The translations under genes were made by a program, and so were the position numbers. Below the pieces are notes generated by a model, which worked only from the letters and a program-made list of their open reading frames with translations, did not search any database and had not been told where the DNA came from. Positions 42,453 to 54,082 of a stretch of DNA of 64,000 nucleotides are shown piece after piece. Location of the stretch: assembly GCA_965218585.1 (NCBI GenBank), contig CBDCLE010000026.1, positions 1 to 64,000 on the forward strand. Reading direction: 5' to 3'. Numbering within the stretch: position 1 is the first letter of the stretch; each line of letters begins with the position of its first letter. The stretch is from Terriglobia bacterium (GTDB lineage: Bacteria; Acidobacteriota; Terriglobia; 20CM-2-55-15).

Positions 42453-44876
42453 ATGATAGGCCAGACCATATCCCACTACGACATCGTTGAGCAGATTGGC
42501 GGAGGGGGCATGGGTGTCATCTACCGTGCCCAGGATCGACTGCTTGGCCGTGAAGTCGCCTTGAAGTTCTTGCCTGACAGTGTTTCCCGCAATCCTGACA
42601 CCGTCGAGCGGTTCAAGCTGGAGGCCCGGGCGGCGGCAGCTCTGAACCACCCCAACATTTATTCGATCTATGAAATCGGGGACTACGATGGGCAGCCTTT
42701 CATAGCTATGGAATTGTTGAAGGGACAGACTCTGGAGGAGCTCATCGGAGCAGGCACGAGCCCCACACCCGGAGACGTCGAAGCCGCAAGCGAAGTCGCC
42801 AGGGATCTCCCGCCCGACATCGCAGCTCTAGTCCAGGACTTCACCGGCGAACCAGAACCGGAAACCACTCGCTCGGATCCCAAACCCCTCAAGAATTCCC
42901 TGCTCCTCAAGCTCGCGGTTCAGATCGTGGACGCCCTGGACGCGGCACACGTCGAAGGAATCACACACCGGGACATCAAGCCCGCAAACATCTTCGTGAC
43001 GTCACGAGAGCAGGCAAAGATCCTGGATTTCGGACTGGCAAAGCTGACGCGTCCCGGAGACGACAGTGACCCCGGAGCCACACTGGTGGGTCTGACCCAG
43101 GAGGGTTCTGTTCTGGGCACGATCGCCTACATGTCACCGGAACAGGCCCTGGGAAACCGTTTGGACGAACGAACCGACCTTTTTTCCACCGGCGCAGTCC
43201 TCTACGAAATGGCGACAGGGACCCGTGCCTTTGCGAAGAACACCGAAGCCGCCACGTTCGACGCGATCTTGAACGGACAGCCTGACGATCCGGCCCTGCT
43301 CAACCCGGGTCTGCCCACCGGACTTTCCCAGATCATTTACAGAGCTCTGGAAAAGACTCCGACGGCCCGTTACCAGACGGCGAGGGAACTGTGGGCGGAC
43401 CTGGATAAGGTGGTTCAGGAATCATCCGGATCCATCTTTGTCACTCCGCAGCCGGCGGCTCCTGAAAATGAAGGCCAGCGTTCCATTGCTGTACTTCCGT
43501 TCGTGAATTTGAGCAGGGATCCGGACAACGAATACTTCGGCGATGGTCTGGCCGAAGAACTGATCAACGCGATGACCCAGATGAATGGACTGAGGGTTGC
43601 TTCAAGGACTTCCGCGTTTCGTTTCAGAGGCAAGGAAGAGGATGCCCGTACGATCGGTGAATCCCTCAACGTTGACACCCTGCTCGAGGGAAGCGTCCGA
43701 AACGCAGGCGATCGGGTCCGCGTGAGCGCCCAGTTGATCAATGTTGCCGACGGGTATCACATCTGGTCGGAACGCTACGACCGGAAGATGGAGGACATAT
43801 TCGCCCTGCAGGACGATATCACCCAAAATATCGTGGACCGTCTCAAGGTCCAGCTCACGGGCAAACCCATTGAACCGCAAATCCGGCGACATAGCGACAA
43901 CGTCGAAGCCTATAACCACTATCTGAAAGGCCGTTACCATTTGAACCAGCGTACCGAGGACGACATCCTTTCAGGAATTGCATGTTTTGAGGAGGCGGCG
44001 CGATTGGACGCCGGATACTCCCTGGCCTACGCAGGCCTTGCCGAAGCCTACATCCTGTTGAATATGGATTGTCCTCAACTCTTCTGCCAGAGCGGTCCCA
44101 TCAACGTTGTCTCAAAGGCCAAGGATGCAGCTGCAAAGGCCGTAGAACTCGACAGTTCGGCGGCCGAAGCACATGTAGCTTCGGCTCTGGTTCATTACCG
44201 GCTCGACTGGAACTGGGCGAAGGCGGAAGATGAATTCCGGATTGCCCTCTCACTCCGCGAGGATCTGGCAACGGCCCGTCACAACTACGCAATGTTTCTG
44301 GCCTCGATCAACCGATCGGACCAGGCCGTCGAAGAAATCAAGCTGGCCCATCGATTGGATCCCCTGTCACCCATTATCAGTACCGCTGTTGGAAGAATCC
44401 TGCACTTTGCCCACAGGTATGAGGAAGCCATTCAACAGTATCGGACCACGCTTGAGATCAATCCGAAGTTTTCCGGCGCCTACTTCGATCTGGGAATGAC
44501 GTATCTGGTTCAGGGCAGGCACGCTGAGGCTCTTGAAACATTCAGGACACTTTACGAAGTGGCTGAAAAACAGAAGATGGGATTGATGGAACTGGCATGG
44601 ACGCACGCTCTGATGGGAGAAAAAGAGAAGGCACTCGAAACTCTGGAGGAACTGAACGAATCGGTCGAGCCTGACGACCTCCCGCGCACGTCGTTGGCGT
44701 TCCTTTACGTTGCTCTCGACAATCTGGACAAATCGTTCGAACTCCTCGAACAAGCGTACCTGCGGAGAGATACCAATCTTGTCTACCTGCTGGCTGAACC
44801 GGCCTTCGACCCGCTCCGTTCAGATCCACGTTTCGAATCCGTTCTTCAACGAATGAATCTGGCAGGCTATCAGTAG
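42453..44876 (+). CDS. Ser/Thr protein kinase with TolB-N-like and TPR domains
   Basis: [28 protein letters not shown] and SIAVLPF.N motifs; TPR repeats. Confidence 0.93.
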   Translation: MIGQTISHYDIVEQIGGGGMGVIYRAQDRLLGREVALKFLPDSVSRNPDTVERFKLEARAAAALNHPNIYSIYEIGDYDGQPFIAMELLKGQTLEELIGAGTSPTPGDVEAASEVARDLPPDIAALVQDFTGEPEPETTRSDPKPLKNSLLLKLAVQIVDALDAAHVEGITHRDIKPANIFVTSREQAKILDFGLAKLTRPGDDSDPGATLVGLTQEGSVLGTIAYMSPEQALGNRLDERTDLFSTGAVLYEMATGTRAFAKNTEAATFDAILNGQPDDPALLNPGLPTGLSQIIYRALEKTPTARYQTARELWADLDKVVQESSGSIFVTPQPAAPENEGQRSIAVLPFVNLSRDPDNEYFGDGLAEELINAMTQMNGLRVASRTSAFRFRGKEEDARTIGESLNVDTLLEGSVRNAGDRVRVSAQLINVADGYHIWSERYDRKMEDIFALQDDITQNIVDRLKVQLTGKPIEPQIRRHSDNVEAYNHYLKGRYHLNQRTEDDILSGIACFEEAARLDAGYSLAYAGLAEAYILLNMDCPQLFCQSGPINVVSKAKDAAAKAVELDSSAAEAHVASALVHYRLDWNWAKAEDEFRIALSLREDLATARHNYAMFLASINRSDQAVEEIKLAHRLDPLSPIISTAVGRILHFAHRYEEAIQQYRTTLEINPKFSGAYFDLGMTYLVQGRHAEALETFRTLYEVAEKQKMGLMELAWTHALMGEKEKALETLEELNESVEPDDLPRTSLAFLYVALDNLDKSFELLEQAYLRRDTNLVYLLAEPAFDPLRSDPRFESVLQRMNLAGYQ

Positions 44877-45006
44877 TGACCTGTACCACCCATATTGGGT
44901 GATACAGGCCAATAGCAACAACTCTCTTGCCCAACCCACAGGTCACAGGTCCAAAGATCTTTCAATTGCGCACGATGCTCCTTGTCAGGATCGGAAGTGA
45001 TTCGTC

Positions 45007-45897
45007 ATGAGTCGATCAGGAACCAATGTGGCTGTCAACGCGGCCACGCTTGGAGCACTCGCGATGATCGCCCACCAGGTTGGAATCAAGGCCACCCGTG
45101 ACACTCTTTTCCTGTCGAGTCTTGGAGTCGAGGCTCTTCCTGCAATGATCGCCGCAGCAGCGGTATTTTCGATTCTCTCCGTCCTCGTCGCGTCCCGGCT
45201 CGTGGCCACCTACGGGCCTCGAAAAGTCGTTCCGGCAACGTTTCTCGTCAGCGCGATCCTGCTGCTGGGGGAATGGGCATTGTGGTACCAGACTGCACCC
45301 ATCGGTTCGGTCGTCGTCTACCTGCATGTTGCTGCTCTGGGATCCTTCGTCATTTCAGGCTTCTGGTCGATGATCAACGAGCGATTCGATCCCAGGACCG
45401 GAAAAGCGAAGATTGGAGCTATCGGACGCGGTGCCACAGTGGGTGGCCTGCTCGGGGGAATCATTGCCGAGCGCGTGGCCGCATCTCTGTCGTCAGTCAC
45501 GATGCTGCCGATTCTGTCAGTAATGCACGTCGGCTGCGCTCTGGCTCTGTACTTCGTTGGAAGAGCTCCTTCCAGGCAGAAGCGAACGGACTCACCGCAG
45601 TCGGGGGGAGAATCCGGCATACGTTACATTGCCCGGGTGCCATACCTTCGCAACATTGCTGTCCTGGTTGCGCTGGCAGCGTGTTCGGGAACGCTCCTCG
45701 ATTATGTTTTCAAATCTCGAGCGGTTGCCAGTTACGGTCAGGGTGAAGATCTGATGCGCTTCTTCGCAATCTTCTACACAGTGGTCGGGATCGCGACACT
45801 GATTTCGCAGAGTTTTCTCACCCGGCCGGTCCTGGAAAAGTTTGGCCTGTCCCGGTCGATCGGCGTCCTGCCGCTGGTAATCTCGTTCCCGCGGTAA
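45007..45897 (+). pseudogene. Npt1/Npt2-like (TLC/MFS) transporter, truncated
   Basis: KATRDTLFLS, FW..INERFD, PYLRNI and LLDYVFK motifs; ends after about 8-9 TM helices. Confidence 0.65.
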
Positions 45898-45981
45898 TCG
45901 GAGTAGTCGGATTGATGGCCTTGAAATTCTTCCGGCTTGGTGGCGCGGGAATGGGCGTTGATTAATCCGACTGCCCCAACC

Positions 45982-46698
45982 TCAAGACGTAATCACTTCC
46001 CCATCGGGTCCACAGCACATGCTGTCTTCAGGTTCTTCTCTTCGATCGATGGCAATCCCAGCCTTCTCTAAGCGATCCTCGAACCCTTCCCGCCAGCCGG
46101 GCGACAAGGCTCGTATCTGAATCGCCTTCTTGCAGTCTTCCAGGTTCTGGCGGTCGAAGTAATACAGGTGACATATATCCCGAATGCTAATTCCGGATGG
46201 GTCCCGTGTCAGGAGTTCGAATGTGTCCCCAGCACCAACCTCACCTTCTTCGAGCACCCTCAAATAGAATCCCACGCGGCAACTCTGAAGAAACATTTTT
46301 GGAAATTGAACGTTGTCCATCTTGATACCAAGCCTATAACAGGGAACCCTTGGCTGTGTGACCTCGACCCGGGCACCTCCGATTCTGAAGACGTCTCCAA
46401 CCTGTATCTCGTCTTCCGGCATTCCTTCGACGGTGAAATTTTCTCCGAACTGCGGACGTCTGAAATCGTCGCGGTCGAGTTCTCGTGACCAGTGGTCATA
46501 GTTTTCTATCGTGTACACACAGACTGCCTTGTAAATTCCCCCGTGGCCTTTCAAATCCACCTGCTGGTCGCCGTCCAGATTCAGGGTTCGAAGCATCACC
46601 CGGCTACCGACCGGTTCTTTGAAGATTCCTGTGGCAACCGTCTTGCCTTGATAGCTCATTTCTTTCCTCAGTGACACGCTTACAGTGAGAAGCTTCAT
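45982..46698 (-). CDS. MOSC domain protein (YiiM-like)
   Basis: TGIFK, GD.Q.D..HGG..KA, FGEN, QPRVPC and GFYLRVL motifs. Confidence 0.92.
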   Translation of the reverse strand: MKLLTVSVSLRKEMSYQGKTVATGIFKEPVGSRVMLRTLNLDGDQQVDLKGHGGIYKAVCVYTIENYDHWSRELDRDDFRRPQFGENFTVEGMPEDEIQVGDVFRIGGARVEVTQPRVPCYRLGIKMDNVQFPKMFLQSCRVGFYLRVLEEGEVGAGDTFELLTRDPSGISIRDICHLYYFDRQNLEDCKKAIQIRALSPGWREGFEDRLEKAGIAIDRREEPEDSMCCGPDGEVITS

Positions 46699-46813
46699 AG
46701 CGTTCGTTCCTTTCGACGGGCGCTGGTGGCCATTGGATGGTTGTCATCGCCGCAACAGCCCGTGTTTCAGTTCCTGGGTAGACTGCTCTTTTGCAGTGCC
46801 AAAACTCGTTTCG

Positions 46814-47119
46814 TCACTCCGCTTTTTCACGCGCATACAGATAAGCGGGTAAAGCGCAGCACAAACCAACAAGAAGATTGAGGACGATAAACACGTAAGG
46901 TTTCGGGCCGTTCGAGTTCTTGATCTCCTGAAACATGAATAACCAGAAGATAAAGGGCGCCAGGAAGAGATCTGCGCTAAAACCACCGGCAGCGCCATTA
47001 ACAAAAAGCGCAGAAATGAACCGAGCTACGTTCACTCCCTCAGCCGCGAAAAATTGGAGAAAAAACACGTACGGAACGATCGCGCCGACGACGGCCAGCG
47101 AAAGATACAGTTTCTTCAT
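46814..47119 (-). CDS. DUF2834-like membrane protein
   Basis: Three hydrophobic segments; F.N.AAGGF.ADL and ALP.YLY.RE motifs. Confidence 0.75.
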   Translation of the reverse strand: MKKLYLSLAVVGAIVPYVFFLQFFAAEGVNVARFISALFVNGAAGGFSADLFLAPFIFWLFMFQEIKNSNGPKPYVFIVLNLLVGLCCALPAYLYAREKAE

Positions 47120-47191
47120 TTTTTCCTCCGGGTTCAGAGCAGTCTGCCCGATATCTGGAGGCCAAGAACACTTTTCTGTAGTAAGCCCTTT

Positions 47192-48951
47192 GAACTATAG
47201 GCCGGCCTCGGCGGCGATCTAGGCGTCGACTCCCTGCTCCAATACCGTGAGTGGAACGACGCCTAGATTAAGAACGACATTGTGAAACTCGCGGATAGAA
47301 AAACGATCGCCAAGCTCTTGACGGGCTCGCTCCCGAAGCTCCACGATCTTAAGCTGTCCGATCATGTACGAGCATGCCTGGCCAGGAAAGACGACATAGC
47401 GCTTGACCTCGCTGGCCTCAATACCGAAGTCGATGGCCTGTTGACGCGTCCAACCCATGGCGTGCAGACCCGTATCTACAACCAGTCTCCGGGCGCGGAA
47501 CAACGCACTGCTCAGTTGTCCCACCCGACCCGCGGTATCGCCCTCATACCACCCGTCTTCAGCGGCAAAGCGTTCCGCGTACAGGGCCCAGCCTTCGCTG
47601 CTGGCAGATAGGCCTCCCAACGCGCGAATCTGTCGAAAGGCTGGCAGGTCCTCGTTCTCGGTCGCGAGAGCGATCTGGAAGTGATGACCCGGCACGGTTT
47701 CATGGTAGACCAGTGATCGAAGTTCAAACTCTGTAAGACGGCTCGGACGTAACGGCATTTGAAAGATCCCCGGTCGCGACCCATCCGGCGGAGGCGCGGT
47801 ATAGCTGGCCGCAGCATTCGCCCATCGGAACTCGGGATAGGGTTGTGCGATCACGGGTGTCTCCGGTCGCACGTCGAATGTTCCGGCGGTCCGTTCGAGG
47901 GCATCAGCCAGGATGCCATCGATCTCCACCATGATGCGTTGGCGACCCTCGTCCGAATCGGGATAACTGAGATCACGTGTCAGCTGCGCCTCTCGCTGGG
48001 CGATAGAACCATCGGCGTACCCGAGATCCCGAAGCAACATGTCCATTTCCGCTTCAATGCGTTCGACTTCACCCAGACCGATCTCATGAATCTCGGCTGC
48101 GGTGAAGTCGGTGGTGGTGAACGCCCGTAGCCGCCCTGCGTACAGGGCACCCCCGCCTTCAAAGCGCCAGAGCCCGGCATCGTCGGTGGCATCGGCCCGC
48201 TGCGATTCCAGGACCGTGATGGCCGCTCTCCACGAGGGGTAGACCTGGGCTTCGACTATCGCTGTGGCTTCAGCGAGCAGTGCCTCCCGACGAGGGGGTT
48301 CGAGCTCGTCCACGGCATCCATCTTGGTGGCCAACGCGGTGACCAGTGGATTCTCCGGCGGGGCGGGGCTGACAAACAGCTCCATCTGCGCAATCGTCGA
48401 GTCCAGAATGAATCGTGGCGGAATGTTGCCCAGGGCAGCCAATCGTGCGCTCTCGGTTGCCGCCTCGGCCATACGCTCATCGACCTGTCCGAGACGAGCG
48501 ACATAGTTCTCGGCATCGCGCTCAGTCCGGACAGGATGGACGATGGCCAGCGCATTGGGCAGATTCACGTTGACGCCGTTCATCTGCTGCAACGGAAAGT
48601 CGTAATCAAGGAACGGCTCACTATCGAGGGCACTCTGTAACTGAAACTGCATAACATCCGCCGAGACCCGCTGGTTCGGCGACCTGGCAGCACGATCAAA
48701 GGTGGCGAGTTCAGCGAGCCCCTCCCGGGCCTGGCGAATCATGTCGAGCCGCCACGCCCTGATGACGGGCGTCAACTGGCGGCTGAGACGGTCCTGTTCC
48801 TCTCCATCGAAGTACTGGGCACGAACAGCCAGATTCGGGTTCTGGCGCACCCACTCGTCGGTAAACTCGAGAAAGAAGTCGTCAACCGACGGGGCCGGTG
48901 ACGGCGCCTCACGACAACCGGCTACGAGGCCGACGAGAACAAACAGAACTA
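47192..48951 (-). pseudogene. DUF885 family lipoprotein; start lost to IS5 remnant; TAG at 47219 near the C-terminus
   Basis: LVAGC lipobox upstream of the tracked ORF; HETVPGHHFQ, EGWALYAE, RLVVDTGLH and PGQACSY motifs. Confidence 0.8.
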
Positions 48952-49115
48952 GGGTGTGTTAACACTAACGTAGTGCCTCGACGATGAGTGCGAAGTGAAG
49001 GAAGGCGAGGAACATGACGTCGAGTTTATCGAAACGGGAGAAGATACGCCGAAAACCCTTGAGTCGGCGGAAGAGCCTCTCGACTTCGTTCCTGCGGCGG
49101 TAGAGCACGCGGTCG
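48952..49115 (-). mobile_element. IS5-family right-end remnant (164 bp)
   Basis: Identical to 3641-3797 except in the outer IR bases; sits in a CTAG site. Confidence 0.9.
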
Positions 49116-49186
49116 AAGTCCAAGTCATGTGTATTTCCCCATTTTGGTTGGGCGGATGCTCTTTCCGCCTCGCGTTTCACGTGTCT

Positions 49187-50692
49187 TTAGAGCTGGGCGC
49201 ACACCGCCTTCACCTCGGTGTACAGCCGAAGAGAGTCATGCCCCATTTCACGGCCCCACCCCGATTGCTTATATCCTCCGAAGGGAAGCGCTGCATCGAA
49301 GATATTGTGACAATTGATCCATACTGTCCCAGCCCTGAGCTGGGTCGCGATGCGATGTGCCTTGCTGATATCCCTCGTCCAGACCGCAGCGGCTAATCCG
49401 TAAACGCTGTCATTGGCCTTTGTGATGACGTCTTCAAGATCTGTGAAGGGTTCGGCGCACACAACCGGCCCAAAGATTTCTTCCTGAACGACTTTCATGT
49501 TCTGGTCGGTATCGACCAGAACGGTGGGTTCGACGAAGTATCCTCTGTCGCCCAGCCGGTTGCCTCCGACGACAGCCTTTGCCCCTTCGCTCATCCCCGA
49601 CTCCAGGTAACCCAACACACGCTGCTGCTGTTCATCAGAGACCAACGGGCCCATCTGTGTGCTGGTGTCCATCCCTGGGCCAACCTTGATCTGTTTCGCT
49701 TGATCGACCACACCCGACACGACCGTATCGAAAATGGCCTTTTCAACATACAGGCGCGATCCGGCACAGCAACACTGTCCGTGATTGAAGAAGATCGCAT
49801 TGGCCACGCCTGGAATGCTGGAATCCAGATCTGCATCGGGCAACACTAGGCTTGGAGATTTTCCACCCAGTTCGAGTGAAACTTTCTTCAAGTTTCCAGA
49901 AGCCGCATTCACGATGAGTTTGCCGACTTCGGTGGAACCAGTGAAGGCCACTTTGTCAACATCCGGATGTTCAGCTAAGGCAGCTCCGGCAGTCTCCCCG
50001 AACCCCGTAACAATGTTCAGAACGCCCGGCGGGAAACCCGCTTCACAGAAAAGTTCACCGAGCAGAAGTGCAGACAACGGCGTCTGTTCAGCTGGTTTCA
50101 ACACAACCGTACACCCGGCAGCGAGAGCTGGCCCCAACTTCCAGGCCGCCATCAGAAGGGGGAAATTCCAGGGAATGATCTGGCCCACCACGCCGACAGG
50201 TTCACGCACGGTGTAGGCATGAAATTGTGCTCCGGGTGCATACGGAACAGAAATGGGGATTGTGTTTCCCTCGATCTTCGTCGCCCAACCGGCCATGTAA
50301 CGAAACAGATCAGCCGCCAAGGGCACATCGGCGACGCGGGCTACACCGACTGGTTTTCCGTTATCCAACGACTCAAGCTGAGCGAGTTCATCTGTTTTGC
50401 CCTCGATCAAATCAGCCAGCTTCCAGAGGAGTTTTCCGCGTTCAGAGGGGGTCATCGTCCGCCACGGGCCTGTTTCAAACGCAGTCCGAGCGACCTTCAC
50501 CGCCTCGTTGATGTCTCCCTTCTGTCCATCGGGGATCTGGCACATGGCCTCCCCGGTGGCAGGATTAAAAGCTGGAAATGTTTTCTCGGAAATGGCATCA
50601 ACCCACTTTCCATTAATCAGCATCTTGCGAGGAGAAGAAAGAAACTGTTGGACGTCTTCGGTCACTACCGTTTCAGTGGTCGCAACACTCAT
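49187..50692 (-). CDS. NAD-dependent aldehyde dehydrogenase (phenylacetaldehyde/betaine aldehyde type)
   Basis: PWNFP, KPAEQT, FTGSTEVG, LELGGKSP, GQCC, EEIFGPV and PFGGYKQSG motifs. Confidence 0.95.
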   Translation of the reverse strand: MSVATTETVVTEDVQQFLSSPRKMLINGKWVDAISEKTFPAFNPATGEAMCQIPDGQKGDINEAVKVARTAFETGPWRTMTPSERGKLLWKLADLIEGKTDELAQLESLDNGKPVGVARVADVPLAADLFRYMAGWATKIEGNTIPISVPYAPGAQFHAYTVREPVGVVGQIIPWNFPLLMAAWKLGPALAAGCTVVLKPAEQTPLSALLLGELFCEAGFPPGVLNIVTGFGETAGAALAEHPDVDKVAFTGSTEVGKLIVNAASGNLKKVSLELGGKSPSLVLPDADLDSSIPGVANAIFFNHGQCCCAGSRLYVEKAIFDTVVSGVVDQAKQIKVGPGMDTSTQMGPLVSDEQQQRVLGYLESGMSEGAKAVVGGNRLGDRGYFVEPTVLVDTDQNMKVVQEEIFGPVVCAEPFTDLEDVITKANDSVYGLAAAVWTRDISKAHRIATQLRAGTVWINCHNIFDAALPFGGYKQSGWGREMGHDSLRLYTEVKAVCAQL

Positions 50693-50974
50693 GGCAAACC
50701 TCCAGATTCATCATTTAGCATTCAAGAGCACACGCATTTAACTATGGGGTGGAATTATGCCGCGGTTGCGCTTCTGACTCAATCAACTCCGTCATTCGGT
50801 GAGGACCGCGAAACGAAGTTCCGCCTGAACACTCAACGAATAGAATTCCAAATAACTGAAAACTAAAGATCGGGCAAAATCGTCCAGATCGGGCGAAGGC
50901 GTACGCTTACCCGAGAAGTGCCCGATTCCCTTCTGCCACAAAAAGAAAAAGTTCCGCCGCCAGCAAAATTTCTG

Positions 50975-51003
50975 TTGACAGGAAGAGTAATTGTATATAC
51001 AAG
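50975..51003 (+). promoter_or_regulatory. sigma70 promoter with MarR operator palindrome
   Basis: TTGACA (50975-50980)-17-TACAAG; perfect palindrome TTGTATATACAA at 50991-51002. Confidence 0.75.
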
Positions 51004-51013
51004 TAATTGCACA

Positions 51014-51463
51014 ATGAATTTACCGAAGAACAAAACCACTCCAAAGACCATCGCTCGAGACTGTATTGCCGTTCGCGTACGGATTCTCAGCCGCGTGATC
51101 ACGAAGATCTATGACGACGCCCTGCGACCTCTAGGGCTCAAGACGAGCCAGATGAACATCATGGTGGCGACGGCCCGGCTGGGCACGGCTCGCTCCGCAG
51201 ATATCTGCTCCCGCCTCAAGATGGATATGTCGACCCTGAGCCGAAACATCGACCGGATGAAGGTCAAAGGTTGGCTTGAAGTCGTAGCGGATGCAGAGGA
51301 CGCGCGCGCCCGGCAAATCCGCCTTAGCAGGAAAGGCTCCGCGCTCCTCGAAAAGGCGGCGCCAGCCTGGGGCCAGGCCCAGGAAAGGGCGATAGAACTT
51401 CTCGGCCAGTCGGGCGTCGAGAGCCTTCTGGGAGCGATCGAAAGAGTTCGGAGAGCCGCGTGA
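51014..51463 (+). CDS. MarR-family regulator
   Basis: C...R..SR.IT.IYD..L.P.GL..SQ, MD.STLSRN and D.R.R motifs. Confidence 0.9.
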   Translation: MNLPKNKTTPKTIARDCIAVRVRILSRVITKIYDDALRPLGLKTSQMNIMVATARLGTARSADICSRLKMDMSTLSRNIDRMKVKGWLEVVADAEDARARQIRLSRKGSALLEKAAPAWGQAQERAIELLGQSGVESLLGAIERVRRAA

Positions 51464-51497
51464 ACACACGCGGAAGAAATATTTTTTGCCCATATAG

Positions 51498-51509
51498 TTG
51501 TATATACAT
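51498..51509. promoter_or_regulatory. Second MarR operator
   Basis: TTGTATATACAT, 11/12 identical to the upstream palindrome. Confidence 0.7.
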
Positions 51510-51522
51510 GCAGTGAGGACCC

Positions 51523-52863
51523 ATGAAACTTGCAGAACACCCCACAGTGCAGCGTCATCGAAAAAGAGAAACAAGTGACCCCAAACCCGCAGGCCCTGCC
51601 CAACTCGACGCGGACCGGCTCCGAGATCTGTGTTTACAGTTTGGTGCAGACGATGTGGGTTTCGTCGAAATCGATCGTCCAGAAATTGACGATCAACGCG
51701 AGGATATTCTCGGCTACTTCCCTCACGCACGAACGTTGATCAGTTTCGTCTGCCGCACGAATCGGGAACCTATTCGAAGCACTGCCCGTTCGCTCGCCAA
51801 TCTGGGGTTCCACCATACGGGAGATCAGGTCAACGAGGTAGCGCGCAGCGTTGTCCGTGAACTGGAAAAGGAAGGGATCCGGGCCATCAATCCGTCTATG
51901 GGATTCCCGATGGAAATGGATCAATTCCCCGGCAAGGTCTGGGTCGTTTCCCACAAACCTGTGGCGGCCGCTGCGGGCCTGGGGAAGATTGGGCTTCACC
52001 GCAACCTGATCCATCCCAAGTTCGGCAACTTCGTCCTCCTCGGAACGGTTCTCACCGACGCGGAAGTCACCAAAACCAGTCAACCCATCGATTACAACCC
52101 TTGCCTGGAGTGCAAACTCTGTGTCGCGGCCTGCCCCGTTGGGGCGATTTCGCCGGACGGACGTTTCGATTTCTCGGCCTGCTACACGCACAACTACCGG
52201 GAATTCATGGGTGGCTTCACAGATTGGGTTGGGCAGGTGGCTGGAAGCCGGGATGCCCGGGATTACCGGAAGAAAGTGACTGATGACGAGTCGGCCTCGA
52301 TGTGGCAGAGCCTTTCTTTTGGAGCCAACTACAAGGCCGCCTATTGCATGGCGGTCTGCCCGGCGGGTGAGGACGTGATCACTCCTTTCCTGGATGACCG
52401 AAAGGGTTTCCTCGACGACGTCGTCAAACCGCTTCAGGAAAAGAAGGAAAAACTATACGTGATGGCCGGCTCCGAAGCTGAGGAGCATGCTGCCCGGCGT
52501 TTTCCCCACAAGGAGCTCAGACGTGTCGGAGGGAGCCTCCGTCCCCGCTCGGTCGACCAATTTCTCACAGGTCTGCCCCTGGTGTTTCAAAGGGAACGTT
52601 CAAAAGGCCTCGACGCCACGTATCACTTCACGTTCACCGGCAAAGAAGAACGCAAGGCCACCGTCGTGATTCGAAACAAGAGTCTCCGGATAGAGGACGG
52701 TCACAGAGGAAAGGCGGACCTCCAACTTACGGCTGACGGCGAAACCTGGCTCGGCTTTCTGGCAAAAGAACGAAACCTCGGATGGGCTTTGCTGAGGCTG
52801 AAAATCCGATTCCGGGGATCGCCGAAGTTTCTATTGGCATTCGGAAAATGCTTTCCGTCGTAA
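51523..52863 (+). CDS. QueG/reductive-dehalogenase-like 4Fe-4S protein with C-terminal SCP2 domain
   Basis: GADDVGF, SHK..A.AAGLG.IG, HPKFG, CLECKLCVAACP and YCMAVCP motifs; SCP2-like tail. Confidence 0.8.
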   Translation: MKLAEHPTVQRHRKRETSDPKPAGPAQLDADRLRDLCLQFGADDVGFVEIDRPEIDDQREDILGYFPHARTLISFVCRTNREPIRSTARSLANLGFHHTGDQVNEVARSVVRELEKEGIRAINPSMGFPMEMDQFPGKVWVVSHKPVAAAAGLGKIGLHRNLIHPKFGNFVLLGTVLTDAEVTKTSQPIDYNPCLECKLCVAACPVGAISPDGRFDFSACYTHNYREFMGGFTDWVGQVAGSRDARDYRKKVTDDESASMWQSLSFGANYKAAYCMAVCPAGEDVITPFLDDRKGFLDDVVKPLQEKKEKLYVMAGSEAEEHAARRFPHKELRRVGGSLRPRSVDQFLTGLPLVFQRERSKGLDATYHFTFTGKEERKATVVIRNKSLRIEDGHRGKADLQLTADGETWLGFLAKERNLGWALLRLKIRFRGSPKFLLAFGKCFPS

Positions 52864-52934
52864 TTGATCAAAGCCATGCGCTTAACCATCGAAACAAATC
52901 GACCTATCTCACACTTCAACTAAAGGAGACCGTT

Positions 52935-54029
52935 ATGACTAGACCCAAGATTCTCGTAACCTCAGCCGCCGGACGTACTGGCACTGCTGCCGTTTTGCAA
53001 TTCCTGGAAAAGGGATTCCGTGTTCGCGCCTTCGTTCGCCGACCTGATGCCCGAAGTGATGCTTTGGAGGCAGCAGGGGCCGAAGTATTCGTCGGTGATC
53101 TGTTCGACCTTCGCGACCTTCGAAAAGCAATGTCTGGCGTTCAGAGGGCATATCATTGCCCGCCTTTCGCGCCCACTCTCCTGAACGGCGCCATGGTGTT
53201 TGCACTGGCCGCGGAAGAAGCAAAACTCGAAGTGGTCGCGCTGATGAGCGGGTGGAATCCCCATCCGACACATCCTTCGATCGTGAGTCGCGAGCACTGG
53301 ATGGTCAACCAGTTGTACCGCTGGATGCCTTCGGTGGATGTGGTGCATATCAATCCCGGCATATTCGCTTACATATACCTGCTCGGTCTGCCAGCCATCA
53401 TGCACCTGGGAATCCTTTCCGCTCCCTTCGGAGACGGCAGGAACGCGCCTCCTTCCAACGAGGACATCGCCCGCGTCGCCGTAGGCGTACTGACCAACCC
53501 TGGCCCGCACATCGGTAAAAGTTATCGCCCTACGGGTCCAGAACTGCTCTCTCCGGGCGACATGGCCGACATCCTGACCGATGTGGTGGGAAGGAAAGTG
53601 AAATATCAGGATACGCCTTTCAAGATGTTCGCCAAGGCGGCGAAGGCGCTCGACTTCCCTGATTTCGAGGTCGCGCAGTTGCGTTATTACACCGAAGAGA
53701 TACGGAATGGCGCTTATGAGGTTGGCGCGCCTACAGATCACATCGAATCCGTCACCGGGCAGAAGCCGGAGTCCTTCAAGAGCATCGCGCAACGCTATTT
53801 GAAAGACCCGTCGCTGATCCATCCCAAATTGGCCAAGGGAACTAAGGCCGGAGCCCTTGCCTTCGCAGTGCGGATGATGCTGACCCGCCCACCGGACTTC
53901 GAACAGTGGGAACGTGAGCGAGGCTATCCGATACTTAGGGAACCCCTGCTCGCGCATGACAGCAATGAATGGCGATCAGCAGCCCAGAACAAGCAACTTC
54001 TCCTTACGCCGACCTCTCTTGCCGGCTGA
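52935..54029 (+). CDS. NmrA-family NAD(P)-binding protein
   Basis: ILVTSAAGRTG, GDLFD, EDIARVA and TGPE motifs; AGGAG RBS. Confidence 0.88.
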   Translation: MTRPKILVTSAAGRTGTAAVLQFLEKGFRVRAFVRRPDARSDALEAAGAEVFVGDLFDLRDLRKAMSGVQRAYHCPPFAPTLLNGAMVFALAAEEAKLEVVALMSGWNPHPTHPSIVSREHWMVNQLYRWMPSVDVVHINPGIFAYIYLLGLPAIMHLGILSAPFGDGRNAPPSNEDIARVAVGVLTNPGPHIGKSYRPTGPELLSPGDMADILTDVVGRKVKYQDTPFKMFAKAAKALDFPDFEVAQLRYYTEEIRNGAYEVGAPTDHIESVTGQKPESFKSIAQRYLKDPSLIHPKLAKGTKAGALAFAVRMMLTRPPDFEQWERERGYPILREPLLAHDSNEWRSAAQNKQLLLTPTSLAG

Positions 54030-54082
54030 TCGCGTGGGCGGCTATTTGTCGCACTAATTCAAAACGTGAGATATTGCTCACG

